A stretch of 41,807 nt of DNA from a virus: the IMG/VR virus record IMGVR_UViG_3300045988_107913. The stretch is one strand, 5' to 3'. This document shows, piece by piece, positions 23,924-34,474 of this stretch (position 1 is the stretch's first letter; every line of letters begins with the position of its first letter). Made by a program: the position numbers and the translations under genes. Below the pieces are notes generated by a model that saw nothing but the letters and a program-made list of their open reading frames with translations, was not told where the DNA came from and ran no database searches.

Positions 23924-24416
23924 GGTCATAGGGCGGGACGCAAGCGGGTTTGATATTCTCACCCGCGCGGTGAAATCCCTGTTAAATCAATATCCTGGTC
24001 TGGAAGATGGCGAGGTCATTAAGTTTGAGGAGCTTGGGAAAGAATCCGGAATAGCCTTTTCAGCTGACAATGGGGCGCTGGTGTATGCAGAATCGGAAGA
24101 TGTCTGCGGCGGCATCCATCAGCAATGCCAGTATCCGTTTTACGTGGTATACCGCACAGCAGCCACAAAAGAACGGCTTAAACTGAATGTACAAGACTTC
24201 CTTGACACCCTCGGCAAGTGGATATGCCGGGAGCCTGTTGTTATAAACGGCACTCAGACGCGCCTAAAGGCCTTTCCGGCCCTGTCTGATGGTCGAGTGA
24301 TAAAACGCATTACCCGCGATAACTCATACGGTTTAGAGCCAAATGAGGAAGCGGTGCAAGACTGGGTACTGCCTGTTACGGTGCAGTACACCAATGACAT
24401 AGAATATGAAGCGTAG
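23916..24416 (+). CDS. Tail terminator / neck protein
   Basis: Called from synteny; it lies immediately upstream of the major tail gene. Confidence 0.45.
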   Translation: MDKVIGRDASGFDILTRAVKSLLNQYPGLEDGEVIKFEELGKESGIAFSADNGALVYAESEDVCGGIHQQCQYPFYVVYRTAATKERLKLNVQDFLDTLGKWICREPVVINGTQTRLKAFPALSDGRVIKRITRDNSYGLEPNEEAVQDWVLPVTVQYTNDIEYEA

Positions 24417-24437
24417 TAGCGCAGAAAGGACGAATTT

Positions 24438-24935
24438 ATGAAGCTTACCAGAGGTGCATATAGAACCTTTCTTGATTCAACTTTTGGTGGAACTGGTACA
24501 CCTAAATGGTGGCGTATCGGTAAATACAACGACAGCATGAGCGTAGCTCTGAACCCGGATGTGTCCACGAGTAAGAATATTTGGGATGAGACTTATGTAG
24601 AAGACAACGGATATGAACCTTCTGTTGAGGACATAACATATTACGCGGACCCTACTGATGCAATCTATCCGATGATCCGCGATATAGCTATGAACAGACT
24701 GCGTGGTGATGAATGTAAGACTACCATTTTGGAGGTTATCATTGAGGACACCGAGAAAACCAACCACCATGCATGGACCGAAGATGTTGTTATCAAAACA
24801 AGCGAATATGGAGGCGGTACTGATGGTTTTACCATCCCGTTTTCCATATACTTCGATGGCAACAGAAAAAAAGGTTATGTAACCATTGAATCTGGAACTC
24901 CAGCCTTTAAAGAGGGCGAGATTCCGCTTACATAA
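24438..24935 (+). CDS. Major tail protein
   Basis: 165 aa, positioned before the chaperone genes and the tape measure gene. Confidence 0.7.
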   Translation: MKLTRGAYRTFLDSTFGGTGTPKWWRIGKYNDSMSVALNPDVSTSKNIWDETYVEDNGYEPSVEDITYYADPTDAIYPMIRDIAMNRLRGDECKTTILEVIIEDTEKTNHHAWTEDVVIKTSEYGGGTDGFTIPFSIYFDGNRKKGYVTIESGTPAFKEGEIPLT

Positions 24936-24951
24936 GAGGAGGGTTTGAGTT

Positions 24952-25398
24952 ATGGGAAATATAATAACCATTGATGATGGCAGTGAGGTCTTTGACATCG
25001 TAAATCAGCGTGGAGAGCATCTGGGCCAGTTTACTTTTATTCCATCGGATTTTGACATAGTGAACAGATATGATGAGACAGTGAAAACATTCGAGGAATT
25101 ACAGGGCGAGCTTGAAAGAGGGGAAAATACTGATCTCAATGAGATCAGTCGGAAAATGTGCGAAAAGATAGATTACCTTTTCGCGGCTCCGGTGTCCGAG
25201 AAGTTTTTCTCGATAACATCCCCATTTACATTTCTTAATTCTGGCCAGTTTTTCGTTGAAAATGTTATCAATGCCATCAAAACTGTTATCGAGCAGAAGC
25301 GTGGAATCCGGCTCCAGGCCGTGCAGAACCGCGTAAAAGAATATACGCAGATATACAAGGCAGCTCCTGGGGGAAGATATCTTTCCCAACTTAAATGA
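24952..25398 (+). CDS. Tail assembly chaperone
   Basis: Acidic 148-aa protein upstream of the tape measure region. Confidence 0.6.
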   Translation: MGNIITIDDGSEVFDIVNQRGEHLGQFTFIPSDFDIVNRYDETVKTFEELQGELERGENTDLNEISRKMCEKIDYLFAAPVSEKFFSITSPFTFLNSGQFFVENVINAIKTVIEQKRGIRLQAVQNRVKEYTQIYKAAPGGRYLSQLK

Positions 25399-25970
25399 TG
25401 CACTCATGGGACTTACCATTAACCCTTACGGTTGGTGGTAAGTCTTATGGTATACGGACAGATTTCAGACCGTGCCTGGATATTATGACGGCATTTAATG
25501 ATGCAAATCTTGACGATGCAGGAAAGTATCAGGTCATGGTGGATATCCTTTATGAAGAAAGTATTCCAGAAGATGATATTCCAGAAGCAATAGAACAGGC
25601 TTTATGGTTCCTGGACTGTGGGAAACCGGAAGATAATATACCGCGCCCGCGTGTTATGGATTGGGAACAGGATGCACCAATTGTTTTTTCTGCAATTAAC
25701 AAGATATCTGGTCGTGAGGTTCGCGATCCGAACCAATATATGCACTGGTGGACCTTCATCGGGTACTTTGATGAAATCGGAGATGGAACATTTTCCCAGG
25801 TTCTTGCAATTCGGCAAAAACGGGCAAAAGGCGAGAAACTGGAGAAATGGGAATTAGAATTTTTTAAAAACAACAGGTCTATGGTGGAATTAAAACAGGC
25901 AATGTCCAACGAAGAAAAAGAACAGTGGCGCATTGAGCAAGAAGCTGTGGACGCTCTGTTCGACACGTAA
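25395..25970 (+). CDS. Gp15-like tail assembly protein
   Basis: The N-terminus WDLPLTLTVGGKSYGIRTDFRPCLDIMTAFND is typical of the bacteriophage Gp15 family. ATGA overlap with the previous gene. Confidence 0.6.
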   Translation: MMHSWDLPLTLTVGGKSYGIRTDFRPCLDIMTAFNDANLDDAGKYQVMVDILYEESIPEDDIPEAIEQALWFLDCGKPEDNIPRPRVMDWEQDAPIVFSAINKISGREVRDPNQYMHWWTFIGYFDEIGDGTFSQVLAIRQKRAKGEKLEKWELEFFKNNRSMVELKQAMSNEEKEQWRIEQEAVDALFDT

Positions 25971-25987
25971 CGTAAGGCGGTGATATA

Positions 25988-28648
25988 TTGACGGCAGATG
26001 GATCAATAGTAATCGACACAGAGATAAACACCAAGGGCATGAAGCCAGGAACAGAAGAGGTAGAAGCCGCCGTAAGAAGAATGGCAAATGGGATTGATGA
26101 TCTTGGGAAAAAATCAGAAATCGCAGTCCAGAAGCAGGCCACCGCTTTTGCGAAACTGAATAGCCTGTATGCCGCACAGGAACGGAAGGTTGAAAAGCTA
26201 CGTGAAGCATTGGAAGCGTATGCCGAAACGAAGATACCTACACAGGCATACGCTGAGGTTCGGAACCAGATAGAAAAGACGAACCAGAAATTAACAGCTC
26301 TGCTTGAACGTCAGCAAAAGTTTTTGGACACTGGAGGCAGAACCAACAGTAGCACCTATAAAAAAATGCAGTATGACATAGAGCAGCTGAATAATTCGCT
26401 AAAATATGCAAAAGGTGAATTGAAAGATCTGGAAGATTCTGGAGGAGCCTTTACGCTTGGAAAAGATACAGATAAGTTTTCCCAGATGTACGACAAGTAT
26501 GCAACAGAAGCTAAAAAGCTCAAGCAGATGAATGAATCTCTAGGAATATCGTATAACCGAGTGAAAAACGAATTTGAGGAGTATAAAAAACGGCTCCTTG
26601 GTATTGACGGTGCCAGCAAAAAAGCCACAAACTCAACAAAAAAACTTGGGATTCAGATGAAAAAGAGTCAAAAACCAACCAAGAAGTATGGAGAGGCATT
26701 GAGTGGCGTGGTACGGCGCTTGGTTATGTTTCGGCTTTTGCGTTCTACTATATCTCTTGCATTTAGATCGGCCCGTGAGGGAATGGAGAACCTTGCTCAG
26801 TATTCTCCAGAGACAAACAAGGCCATATCGAATGTGCTTTCGTCACTTACGCAGCTGAAAAATTCATTTGCTACTGCGTTTTCTCCGGTCGCAGAATATG
26901 CGTCTCCTGTACTGGTAGAATTCATCTCATTGCTTTCGGAAGCTGTTACATGGACTTCCCAGTTTTTTGCGGCTCTTACCGGAAAGGACACATATAGCAA
27001 AGCAACAAAGGTAGAGGAAGACTATGGCGCTGCTTTAAAAGAGAGCAACAAGCAGATAAAGGAACAGGAAAAGGCGAATAAAAAGCTGACGTATTCGTTT
27101 GATGAGCTTATCCAGGCCGGGAACAAATCAGATCAGGACAAGACCGGATATGTCGGACCTACACCAGATCAGATGTTTACCACGGAAGAGGTATCAAACG
27201 ACATAAAGGCCCGTGCTGATGCAGTGAAAAAGATATTCTCCGACCTGTTTGCTCCGCTGAAAGAATCGTGGCTTGATAATGGGCCGGAAGTGATGCAGTC
27301 ACTCACGAATCTGTTTGTATCCGCAAAACAGCTTGCAAAAGATGTTGGAGCATCGTTCATGCAGGTCTGGAATGTGGAGGGTTACGGAAAGGCAATAACG
27401 GACAATTTGCTTATAACGTTTGCCAATTTGGTACAAACTGTTGCAAACCTTATAACGCAGTTTGATAAAGCATGGGCTTCAGGTGATACCGGAACGAACA
27501 TACTGCGGCATCTTGGAGATATTCTTGTTACATTATCTGGATTCTTCCGTGATGCGTCTGAAGGCATTAAGGATTGGTCAGCCAATTTAGATTTTTCCCC
27601 GCTCCTGGAATCTTTTGATAATGTGCTTGTATCAGCGAATCCGGTTGTACGGGCTATTGGTAATTTGCTTTTATGGTTTTTAAATAATGTTTTGCTTCCA
27701 ATAACAAAATGGGGTCTTGAGCAGGGATTACCGGAGGTTTTCGAACTTATAGCAGCATCTCTCGATCTTTTATATTCGGTTATCGAAACATTGACACCTA
27801 CCGCTGAATGGTTTTGGAACACTTTTTTACAGCCGTTTGGTGAATGGAGTGGCAAAGTTATTATTGCAGCGTTAAAAAAACTGGTTAATGCATTGCTTAA
27901 GTTTTCTGATTGGATTTCTGAAAATCAGTCACTTGTAGAATCAGCAACTGTAGCTGTCCTTGCGTTTTTTGCCGCATGGAAATTTCTTGCGTTTTTAAAT
28001 GGAGTATCACAAATCATAGCCAAATCAGGTGAGCTTATTGTTATGTTTTTAAAAATGATTGATGCAATCGACCCAGTTGCTTTATCCATAAGCGGAATAA
28101 TAAGTTTGGTTGCAGTACTGGCAAGAAACTGGGATAAAATGACTCCGAAAGAAAGAATGATAAGTGGCCTTCTGGCAGCAGCCTCCGCGGTTGGTGTTCT
28201 TGCTGTTGCTCTTGGTGCACTTTCTGGTGGCGTAGGTGCGGCGGTTGTGGCGGCATCTCTTGCGGCAGGAATAGCGGCTGCAACGATTGCGATTAATGCA
28301 GGCAAACGGCAGACACAGTCTATCTACAGAAATGCTGGGGGTGGAAGATCTGCAAAATACGCTTCTGCGGCCGCAACGTACAATATGCCACGCCTTGCTA
28401 CTGGGACTGTAGTACCGCCACGTGCCGGAGAGTTTGCCGCAATCCTTGGAGATAACAAGCGCGAGACAGAAGTTGTTTCCCCGTTAAGCACGATGAAACA
28501 GGCATTGAAAGAAGCTCTGGCAGAAAGCGGAGGTAGTCGGGACATAACGGTTATCATGGAAGTGGACGGTCGGCGCTTTGGACAGGCCGTGTACAAGGCA
28601 AACAATGAAGAAAAACAGCGTGTAGGTGTAAGGATGGTGACAGTATGA
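25988..28648 (+). CDS. Tape measure protein (886 aa)
   Basis: Longest ORF in the window. Helical, with hydrophobic Gly/Ala-rich TM-like segments near the C-terminus. TTG start after an AAGGCGGTG RBS. Confidence 0.9.
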   Translation: MTADGSIVIDTEINTKGMKPGTEEVEAAVRRMANGIDDLGKKSEIAVQKQATAFAKLNSLYAAQERKVEKLREALEAYAETKIPTQAYAEVRNQIEKTNQKLTALLERQQKFLDTGGRTNSSTYKKMQYDIEQLNNSLKYAKGELKDLEDSGGAFTLGKDTDKFSQMYDKYATEAKKLKQMNESLGISYNRVKNEFEEYKKRLLGIDGASKKATNSTKKLGIQMKKSQKPTKKYGEALSGVVRRLVMFRLLRSTISLAFRSAREGMENLAQYSPETNKAISNVLSSLTQLKNSFATAFSPVAEYASPVLVEFISLLSEAVTWTSQFFAALTGKDTYSKATKVEEDYGAALKESNKQIKEQEKANKKLTYSFDELIQAGNKSDQDKTGYVGPTPDQMFTTEEVSNDIKARADAVKKIFSDLFAPLKESWLDNGPEVMQSLTNLFVSAKQLAKDVGASFMQVWNVEGYGKAITDNLLITFANLVQTVANLITQFDKAWASGDTGTNILRHLGDILVTLSGFFRDASEGIKDWSANLDFSPLLESFDNVLVSANPVVRAIGNLLLWFLNNVLLPITKWGLEQGLPEVFELIAASLDLLYSVIETLTPTAEWFWNTFLQPFGEWSGKVIIAALKKLVNALLKFSDWISENQSLVESATVAVLAFFAAWKFLAFLNGVSQIIAKSGELIVMFLKMIDAIDPVALSISGIISLVAVLARNWDKMTPKERMISGLLAAASAVGVLAVALGALSGGVGAAVVAASLAAGIAAATIAINAGKRQTQSIYRNAGGGRSAKYASAAATYNMPRLATGTVVPPRAGEFAAILGDNKRETEVVSPLSTMKQALKEALAESGGSRDITVIMEVDGRRFGQAVYKANNEEKQRVGVRMVTV

Positions 28649-29043
28649 TAAACGGTGTTTTTACTATTGATGGCTTAGATCTGCGCATCCAGGTTACAGA
28701 CCTGGAACGCAGCTTTGCTGTTACCGACAGCGATAATTCCGGGCGTGTGCAATCCCGTAGGATGTACAGGGACATTATAGGTACTTTCTATAATTACACA
28801 CTCACTGTAGACCCGGATAAAAGCAACAGAGCTGATTATGATACGTTTTACGATATCATATCGGCCCCTGTCGAGTCACACACCATGTCTTTCCCTTACG
28901 GCCAGGAAACGCTTGAATTTGAAGCCTATGTAACAAACGGAAAAGACAAGCTGAAAAAAGAAAAGAACAAAGACGGAATCGACATAAATAAATGGGGCGG
29001 ATTATCTATTGATTTTATTGCAATGGAGCCGCAGAGGACATGA
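28645..29043 (+). CDS. Distal tail protein (small Dit-like)
   Basis: Lies directly after the tape measure gene with overlapping start and stop. Confidence 0.55.
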   Translation: MINGVFTIDGLDLRIQVTDLERSFAVTDSDNSGRVQSRRMYRDIIGTFYNYTLTVDPDKSNRADYDTFYDIISAPVESHTMSFPYGQETLEFEAYVTNGKDKLKKEKNKDGIDINKWGGLSIDFIAMEPQRT

Positions 29044-29044
29044 T

Positions 29045-30823
29045 ATGAAAGAAAAAGCGAGATCAAAAACAGCCGGGACAGGACTAAAAATAGTATATGA
29101 TGATGTGGCTCCATATGCAAAAGATAACAGTTTTCCCAAAATCATGGATACTGGTTTACGGCCGCATAAAGGCCTGTATCCAAAAACTGGTTTATATCCA
29201 AATGCAACAACGACAAGAAGAGAGTTTCCGGATCTCCGGCGGGATGATCTGACTTATCCCGGATATGCACTTTGCTATCCGGGTTTTTCCCTTTTAAATG
29301 GTCAGTACATAAATATCCCAGAAGATCATGAAGATTATGGATATATCAGTGACGAGTGGTCAAACGAAGACGGCATATTCGGCTACTTTATAAAAACTTC
29401 TGGCCTTATGCCGCAAATTGGCCTTTATCCACGTGTGTTCCTTTATCCGTCTGGCGGACGGGACATTATGATGAATCAGCCGACCCTTACCATAACATTC
29501 AATGGCAAGTTCTCTAGTGTAGGTATTCTGCTTACATTCAATCTTCTCTCCGGAGATTATGCAACCGGATTAAATATCAAATGGTACGAGGACGGTCATT
29601 TGCTTTCATCTAAGGATTTTTCACCGGACAGTAGCCGCTATTTTTGCAATAACTTTGTTCAAAATTATAACATGCTTGCAATAACATTTAAAAAGACTTC
29701 AAAGCCGTACAGGCCGGTGTTCCTCACCAGAATAGATTACGGCATCTACAGAGATTTCCTGTCCGATGAGCTGGTTACTACCGATTGTATACAAGAGATC
29801 AATGCAATATCTGAGAATATCAGTATAAATACCTTGTCTTTCACTGTGCGCACCAAAAGCAATATCCCGTTCGATCTCCAGAAAAAGCAGAAATTGGCAG
29901 TTTTTTTTGATAATGACCTGATTGGAAACTTTTACCTTAAAAATGGAGCGAGGAAAAATGTTTTTGATTATTACCTGGATGCGCACGATGCGCTAGGGGT
30001 CCTTGACGGAAATGAGTATGTCGGCGGGATATATTCTGGAGATTTGGTAAAAGATGTAGTTGCTGATATTTTTTCTGGAGAGGACTTTGCTTGCACCATA
30101 GATCCGTCCTTGTCAGAACAGGCACTGTACGGATATATACCGTATACTACAAAGAGGAATGCGCTTGTGCAGATTGCATTTGCGATAGGCGCAATAGTGG
30201 ATACATCAAACGTAGAGGGCGTATTCATGTATCCGCAGCAGGACGATGTAACCGGAACTTTTGCAGCATCAGATACATTTGATGGAGTTACCCTGGAACG
30301 CTCTGATATAGTGACTGGAATAAGGCTTACAACGCATACATATCAGCCATCAGATGAATCGCAGGAAATTTATAACGAGATACTTTCTGGAATGGCTGAG
30401 ATAGTTTTTTCAGAGCCTTACCATGATCTTTCTGTTTCCGGTGGTACCGTAGTAAAAAGCGGTTCAAACTATGTGGTGGTATCCGGTACTGGTGAAAAAG
30501 TTACTATAGTTGGTAAGAAATATATCCATAATACAAGCCAGATTTTAAAGGAAAATCCAGACATTGTATTTAACAAAAACATTAAAGAGGTTGCTGATGC
30601 TACGCTTATAAATGCACAAAATGCAGAGCAGGCCATAGACCGGATTTATCGGTACTATATGCGCGCTGAAAGTGTGACTGGAGACGTTTTGCTGAAAGAT
30701 AAAGTGGTCGGCCAGCGAGTCGAAATTGACACTGGATATGATGGGAAAAAGTCAGGTGTGATTGAAAGCGTAGACTACAGTTTCGGAAATGCAATAAAAG
30801 CAAGGGTGACGATTCATGAGTGA
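29045..30823 (+). CDS. Tail-associated / baseplate hub protein (Tal-like)
   Basis: 593 aa after Dit. The N-terminus contains short GLYP-type repeats (GLRPHKGLYPKTGLYPNA; GLMPQIGLYPRVFLYPSG). Confidence 0.6.
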   Translation: MKEKARSKTAGTGLKIVYDDVAPYAKDNSFPKIMDTGLRPHKGLYPKTGLYPNATTTRREFPDLRRDDLTYPGYALCYPGFSLLNGQYINIPEDHEDYGYISDEWSNEDGIFGYFIKTSGLMPQIGLYPRVFLYPSGGRDIMMNQPTLTITFNGKFSSVGILLTFNLLSGDYATGLNIKWYEDGHLLSSKDFSPDSSRYFCNNFVQNYNMLAITFKKTSKPYRPVFLTRIDYGIYRDFLSDELVTTDCIQEINAISENISINTLSFTVRTKSNIPFDLQKKQKLAVFFDNDLIGNFYLKNGARKNVFDYYLDAHDALGVLDGNEYVGGIYSGDLVKDVVADIFSGEDFACTIDPSLSEQALYGYIPYTTKRNALVQIAFAIGAIVDTSNVEGVFMYPQQDDVTGTFAASDTFDGVTLERSDIVTGIRLTTHTYQPSDESQEIYNEILSGMAEIVFSEPYHDLSVSGGTVVKSGSNYVVVSGTGEKVTIVGKKYIHNTSQILKENPDIVFNKNIKEVADATLINAQNAEQAIDRIYRYYMRAESVTGDVLLKDKVVGQRVEIDTGYDGKKSGVIESVDYSFGNAIKARVTIHE

Positions 30824-31256
30824 TATTTTGGACGGTCTTATATTTGATCGGACTCAGACCGATATTGAGTCTCTTACAAAAAAGGCGTATATAGACTACC
30901 AGGATTTAAACCGTGTGGAAACGGCAGTAAAATGGGTGTCTTATGTATTAAATAGATGCGGATATAAAAACACCACGCGAAACAAGACGAACTGGGGCAT
31001 GAATGATTTCCGCACTGAAAAAGATATGGAGCGGCTTAGATCAAACATCAATTCTATTCGATCTGCATTTTATGCTCCGGCCAGCACACCGTTAACTCCT
31101 GCAAAGATAACGTATACTTCCATCTGGCAGGCAAATGCCATAGAACAAATCATTTACGATATCGGCGTGATTGCAGAAAAAATTGAGCCAGGGCTGAATC
31201 ATCTGAGTTTTAACCTTGGATCTCGCGGATTTGGAAACAGGAGAGTTAATGTATGA
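30816..31256 (+). CDS. Tail fibre/baseplate-associated protein
   Basis: The N-terminus LIFDRTQTDIESLTKKAYIDYQDLNRVE is common in Clostridia phage fibre modules. Confidence 0.5.
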   Translation: MSDILDGLIFDRTQTDIESLTKKAYIDYQDLNRVETAVKWVSYVLNRCGYKNTTRNKTNWGMNDFRTEKDMERLRSNINSIRSAFYAPASTPLTPAKITYTSIWQANAIEQIIYDIGVIAEKIEPGLNHLSFNLGSRGFGNRRVNV

Positions 31257-31717
31257 GCTTAAAAACTAATTATAAAGATGACATTTTTTCCGGCAAGCGG
31301 CGCTATCGAATGATCCAGAACGACGATGGAACGGTATCATTTGATGATGTCACTGATTACACACAGGATGGTGATATTTACAGTGCCGGGGACGTTAATG
31401 CAACAAATAAGGCGGTTAACCAAAACGCTGGTGACATAGCGGACATGCAAAAGCTGCGGTATGCCATATTTAAGGCCGCTGATTGGTCTCAGTCCGCGCC
31501 TTATATTCAACGCGTTGTAGTACCGGGTATGACGGTAAACGATGTGCCTATCATATCTTTACATATTGCAGACGGCACCACATCCGCGGATGCAAAGGCG
31601 CAGGGCAAAGCGTATGGGTATGTTGATCGTGCTGTTTCCGGCGGTGGTCAGCTTGTGCTTTATTGCTATAACTCAAAGCCATCATCAGATTTTACCGTGG
31701 CTATAAAAGGGGTGTGA
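31253..31717 (+). CDS. Tail fibre-module protein
   Basis: Called from synteny. Overlapping start/stop. Confidence 0.5.
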   Translation: MSLKTNYKDDIFSGKRRYRMIQNDDGTVSFDDVTDYTQDGDIYSAGDVNATNKAVNQNAGDIADMQKLRYAIFKAADWSQSAPYIQRVVVPGMTVNDVPIISLHIADGTTSADAKAQGKAYGYVDRAVSGGGQLVLYCYNSKPSSDFTVAIKGV

Positions 31718-32127
31718 GTATGGCAGATGCGATAGTATTGCGCGGCGGGTCTGGTTTTGATGATTCGCAACTTACGGCTACACCAGATAAGGTCAGAAAA
31801 GGAAAAACGTTTTATGGATCCGGAAGTGACAGCATACAGACCGGAACTGTTACCGAGATTGTGGCAGAAACAGTAACGCTACCTTTGAATGGGTCTTACA
31901 CCATACCGCAAGGTATCCATTCTGGAAACGGCAAGGTGGTACAGAGTTTGCAGACAAGCTCAGGCGGTACCGTATATCCAACCAGTGAAAAACAGACTGT
32001 GCAAACCGCGAATAAATACATGACGGACGATGTATATGTGGCACCGCTTACCGGACTTAAGCCGGAAAATATCAAAAAGGGTGTAACAATACTCGGAGTT
32101 GTCGGAACTTATGAGGGGTACAGCTAA
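31714..32127 (+). CDS. Tail fibre-module protein, short paralog of the next gene
   Basis: Shares LTATPDKVRKGKTFYGSGSDSIQTG...LKPENIKKGVTILGVVGTYEG with the N-terminus of 32127-33140. Confidence 0.6.
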   Translation: MSMADAIVLRGGSGFDDSQLTATPDKVRKGKTFYGSGSDSIQTGTVTEIVAETVTLPLNGSYTIPQGIHSGNGKVVQSLQTSSGGTVYPTSEKQTVQTANKYMTDDVYVAPLTGLKPENIKKGVTILGVVGTYEGYS

Positions 32128-33140
32128 TGGGAGAATGTATTGTTAAACGTCAGGGTGGCGCAGTAGATGTTTCAGATCTTACGGCCACACCAGCGGACGT
32201 TGTGGCAGGCGAAAAGTTTTATGGATCCGGAACAGATGAGATTCAGATTGGAACCCAGAAAAACAGTGGGAAAATCAGCAAAGTGCTTGCGGCTAATGAA
32301 ACGTATGTTATTCCGCCTGGATATGTAGATGCAGGATCTACGGTAACTCAGAACATTGTTACGCATGAAGCAATGACGATTAATCCAGTTGCAAATGGAT
32401 CATTGCTCAATATATCCGGCAAGTATATGACTGGGGACATAGTGGTAAATGGCGTAGATAATCTTAAGCCCGAGAATATCAAAAAAGGGGCTTTTATCGG
32501 TTCTGTTGCTGGCACATTCGAAGGATATGTGAATACAGATCAGCTTACGCCGTATTGGTATGGTGTGTTTCCTCCTGGACAAACAGGTTTCTATGACAGC
32601 GCACTTTATCAGAATCCATCTAGTGCTGGCCCAAACTTTTCCAGCATGGTATATGCGCAGATGTCTGTTGATTGGCAATATCCAGTTGATGATGGGGCAA
32701 AAGGAAGTTGCATAAAAATAGAAGGAGAAAAAATAAAAGGTTATACGACTTATGTTGCTCCATATATAACATTTAATAAGCAAATAAATATATCCGAATG
32801 TAAGTCTATAACAATATGCTATACTCTTCCGTCAAGAGCTTATGACCAGACATTGTCGACACTCGTATTGTCGCAAAATAAGCCAGGAACTTTTGATACA
32901 GGAACGGTATACGAACCAACTCCTTCCCATAATGCTTTAGTCGTTGCATCTGCGTTAGGTTCATATGAAGTTTTTCATTTGGATTACTCAAACGGTTCGG
33001 ATGAATGGATTGTAAAAACTTTTACAATTAAAAGCCCGTTTAAATACAATTACATTTCTTTTGTTCCGTTTAGAATTCCTGCAGATAATGGTACAAGCCC
33101 ATTTGTATCAAAAGTTCGATACATAAAGTTTAATAAATAA
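32127..33140 (+). CDS. Tail fibre / receptor-binding protein
   Basis: The N-terminal ~135 aa are paralogous to the previous gene. The C-terminal ~200 aa are AT-richer and unrelated. Confidence 0.6.
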   Translation: MGECIVKRQGGAVDVSDLTATPADVVAGEKFYGSGTDEIQIGTQKNSGKISKVLAANETYVIPPGYVDAGSTVTQNIVTHEAMTINPVANGSLLNISGKYMTGDIVVNGVDNLKPENIKKGAFIGSVAGTFEGYVNTDQLTPYWYGVFPPGQTGFYDSALYQNPSSAGPNFSSMVYAQMSVDWQYPVDDGAKGSCIKIEGEKIKGYTTYVAPYITFNKQINISECKSITICYTLPSRAYDQTLSTLVLSQNKPGTFDTGTVYEPTPSHNALVVASALGSYEVFHLDYSNGSDEWIVKTFTIKSPFKYNYISFVPFRIPADNGTSPFVSKVRYIKFNK

Positions 33141-33151
33141 AGGAGATCATT

Positions 33152-33715
33152 ATGAGCAATGAAAACGTATCTTTACCAGTAGCGGAAGCACTTGCATCAG
33201 CACTTGCAAAGATAGAAGCATATGTCCCAACCGAGTACGTTGATAACTCTGAACCAGACATTGACGCAAAACATCTCAATCACGCGGAACAGGGAATAAT
33301 GAGAGTGACAAATCTGTTAAATGCTGCTGTCGATGTTATACAAGGTCAGGAAAGCCGCCTTGCGGATGCTGAAACGAAGATAGGTACAGCTGCGCTGACC
33401 GGCGGTATGACAGATTTATCCAGTGGCCTTAATACGTTAAATAGTAATATCGGAAAGTATTCGTATGGATACATAGAAACCAGTCAATTATCCGGGAATT
33501 CTGATTTTGATGTTGATATATCAGGAATGCTTAATGCGATTAATGGCACTCCTATTTTTTTCATTCCACTAGGATACAATCCTTTGACAACATGGGATAC
33601 ACAATTAACATTTAAAAACTATGCCGATTTAAAATCTAAAAAAATAGAAGTGCGAACAATTGGTACTGATACGCAAAAATATAAAATAGCATATATACTC
33701 TTTGCAACAAACTAA
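33152..33715 (+). CDS. Tail fibre-like protein
   Basis: The pattern PDIDAKHLNHAEQGIMRV, followed by a coiled segment, is typical of fibre N-termini. Confidence 0.5.
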   Translation: MSNENVSLPVAEALASALAKIEAYVPTEYVDNSEPDIDAKHLNHAEQGIMRVTNLLNAAVDVIQGQESRLADAETKIGTAALTGGMTDLSSGLNTLNSNIGKYSYGYIETSQLSGNSDFDVDISGMLNAINGTPIFFIPLGYNPLTTWDTQLTFKNYADLKSKKIEVRTIGTDTQKYKIAYILFATN

Positions 33716-33780
33716 TGACATACATGGTTATGTTACTATTTTGTGGACAACTTTTTGCAGAAAGGAAAAAATTGTGAATT

Positions 33781-34032
33781 ATGGATTTTATCACAAATCA
33801 GATCGCGGATGAATTCGCGGAAGAACTTGACAAGGTCTTCGAAAAGGCCTTTGCTGTACATGGATATGACCGCGACTGGATTGAAAGAAATAAAGATAAA
33901 ATCACACATGAAATTCTTGGCAATTTTCATATAATGTCTGCGTGCGGGAAGCGGCTCTTTATCGTCATAAGTCGCGTAGAGTTTTCCAGAGACACCTATA
34001 AACAGATCATAGAGGTCAGTCACTTTGATTGA
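33781..34032 (+). CDS. Hypothetical protein
   Basis: 83-aa ORF with a weak RBS. The antisense ORF 33736-34023 looks less protein-like. Confidence 0.4.
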   Translation: MDFITNQIADEFAEELDKVFEKAFAVHGYDRDWIERNKDKITHEILGNFHIMSACGKRLFIVISRVEFSRDTYKQIIEVSHFD

Positions 34033-34081
34033 CCTTTAAAGATAAAATAAACAGCCTATATGGCAAGAAAGGAAAAACAAT

Positions 34082-34345
34082 ATGGATAAAAACGTTATGA
34101 ACACCGAGGAAAAGTTACACCGCGACTGCGAACCTCATGATGCTGCGCATTGCGATATTAATGTTCATCACAATCTGGAGCCTGTAACCGATGACTGCGG
34201 ACATTATGTTGATGCTGGCCCGGGGGTCGGCGTCCCGGCAGGCGGATGGCATCCGGTCAACGGTACTATTGATGCATGCACTACGCCGGACAGCGCACGT
34301 CACAACCATGATCAGGATCCAAAGCACGGACCTGGCGTGAAATAG
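34082..34345 (+). CDS. His/Asp/Cys-rich small protein
   Basis: AAAGGAAAA RBS. 87 aa containing 10 His and 4 Cys. A terminator follows. Confidence 0.5.
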   Translation: MDKNVMNTEEKLHRDCEPHDAAHCDINVHHNLEPVTDDCGHYVDAGPGVGVPAGGWHPVNGTIDACTTPDSARHNHDQDPKHGPGVK

Positions 34346-34347
34346 AT

Positions 34348-34384
34348 AAAAGAGGGCTGCGAGTTTATTTGCAGCCCTCTTTTA
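34348..34384. terminator. Bidirectional rho-independent terminator
   Basis: AAAAGAGGGCTGC (34348-60) pairs with GCAGCCCTCTTTT (34371-83). It separates convergent units. Confidence 0.8.
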
Positions 34385-34474
34385 TATCTGCCAATGTATT
34401 TTACATGACTATTCGCTGTATAATATTCGTACTGTTCGCGAGTGTATCCTATAATATTTGCGATTTCCTCTGCA

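Noticed and set aside
24952-25970. Programmed -1 frameshift joining the two tail-chaperone ORFs (G/GT-like)
   Set aside because: The frame of the downstream ORF is closed by TAA at 25392-94 just before its ATG. No XXXYYYZ slippery heptamer precedes the stop. The genes are simply coupled by an ATGA overlap.
31714-33140. Diversity-generating retroelement acting on the fibre genes
   Set aside because: There is no reverse transcriptase gene anywhere in the genome. The two similar segments are diverged direct paralogs at the protein level, not a near-identical template/variable repeat pair with adenine-specific differences.
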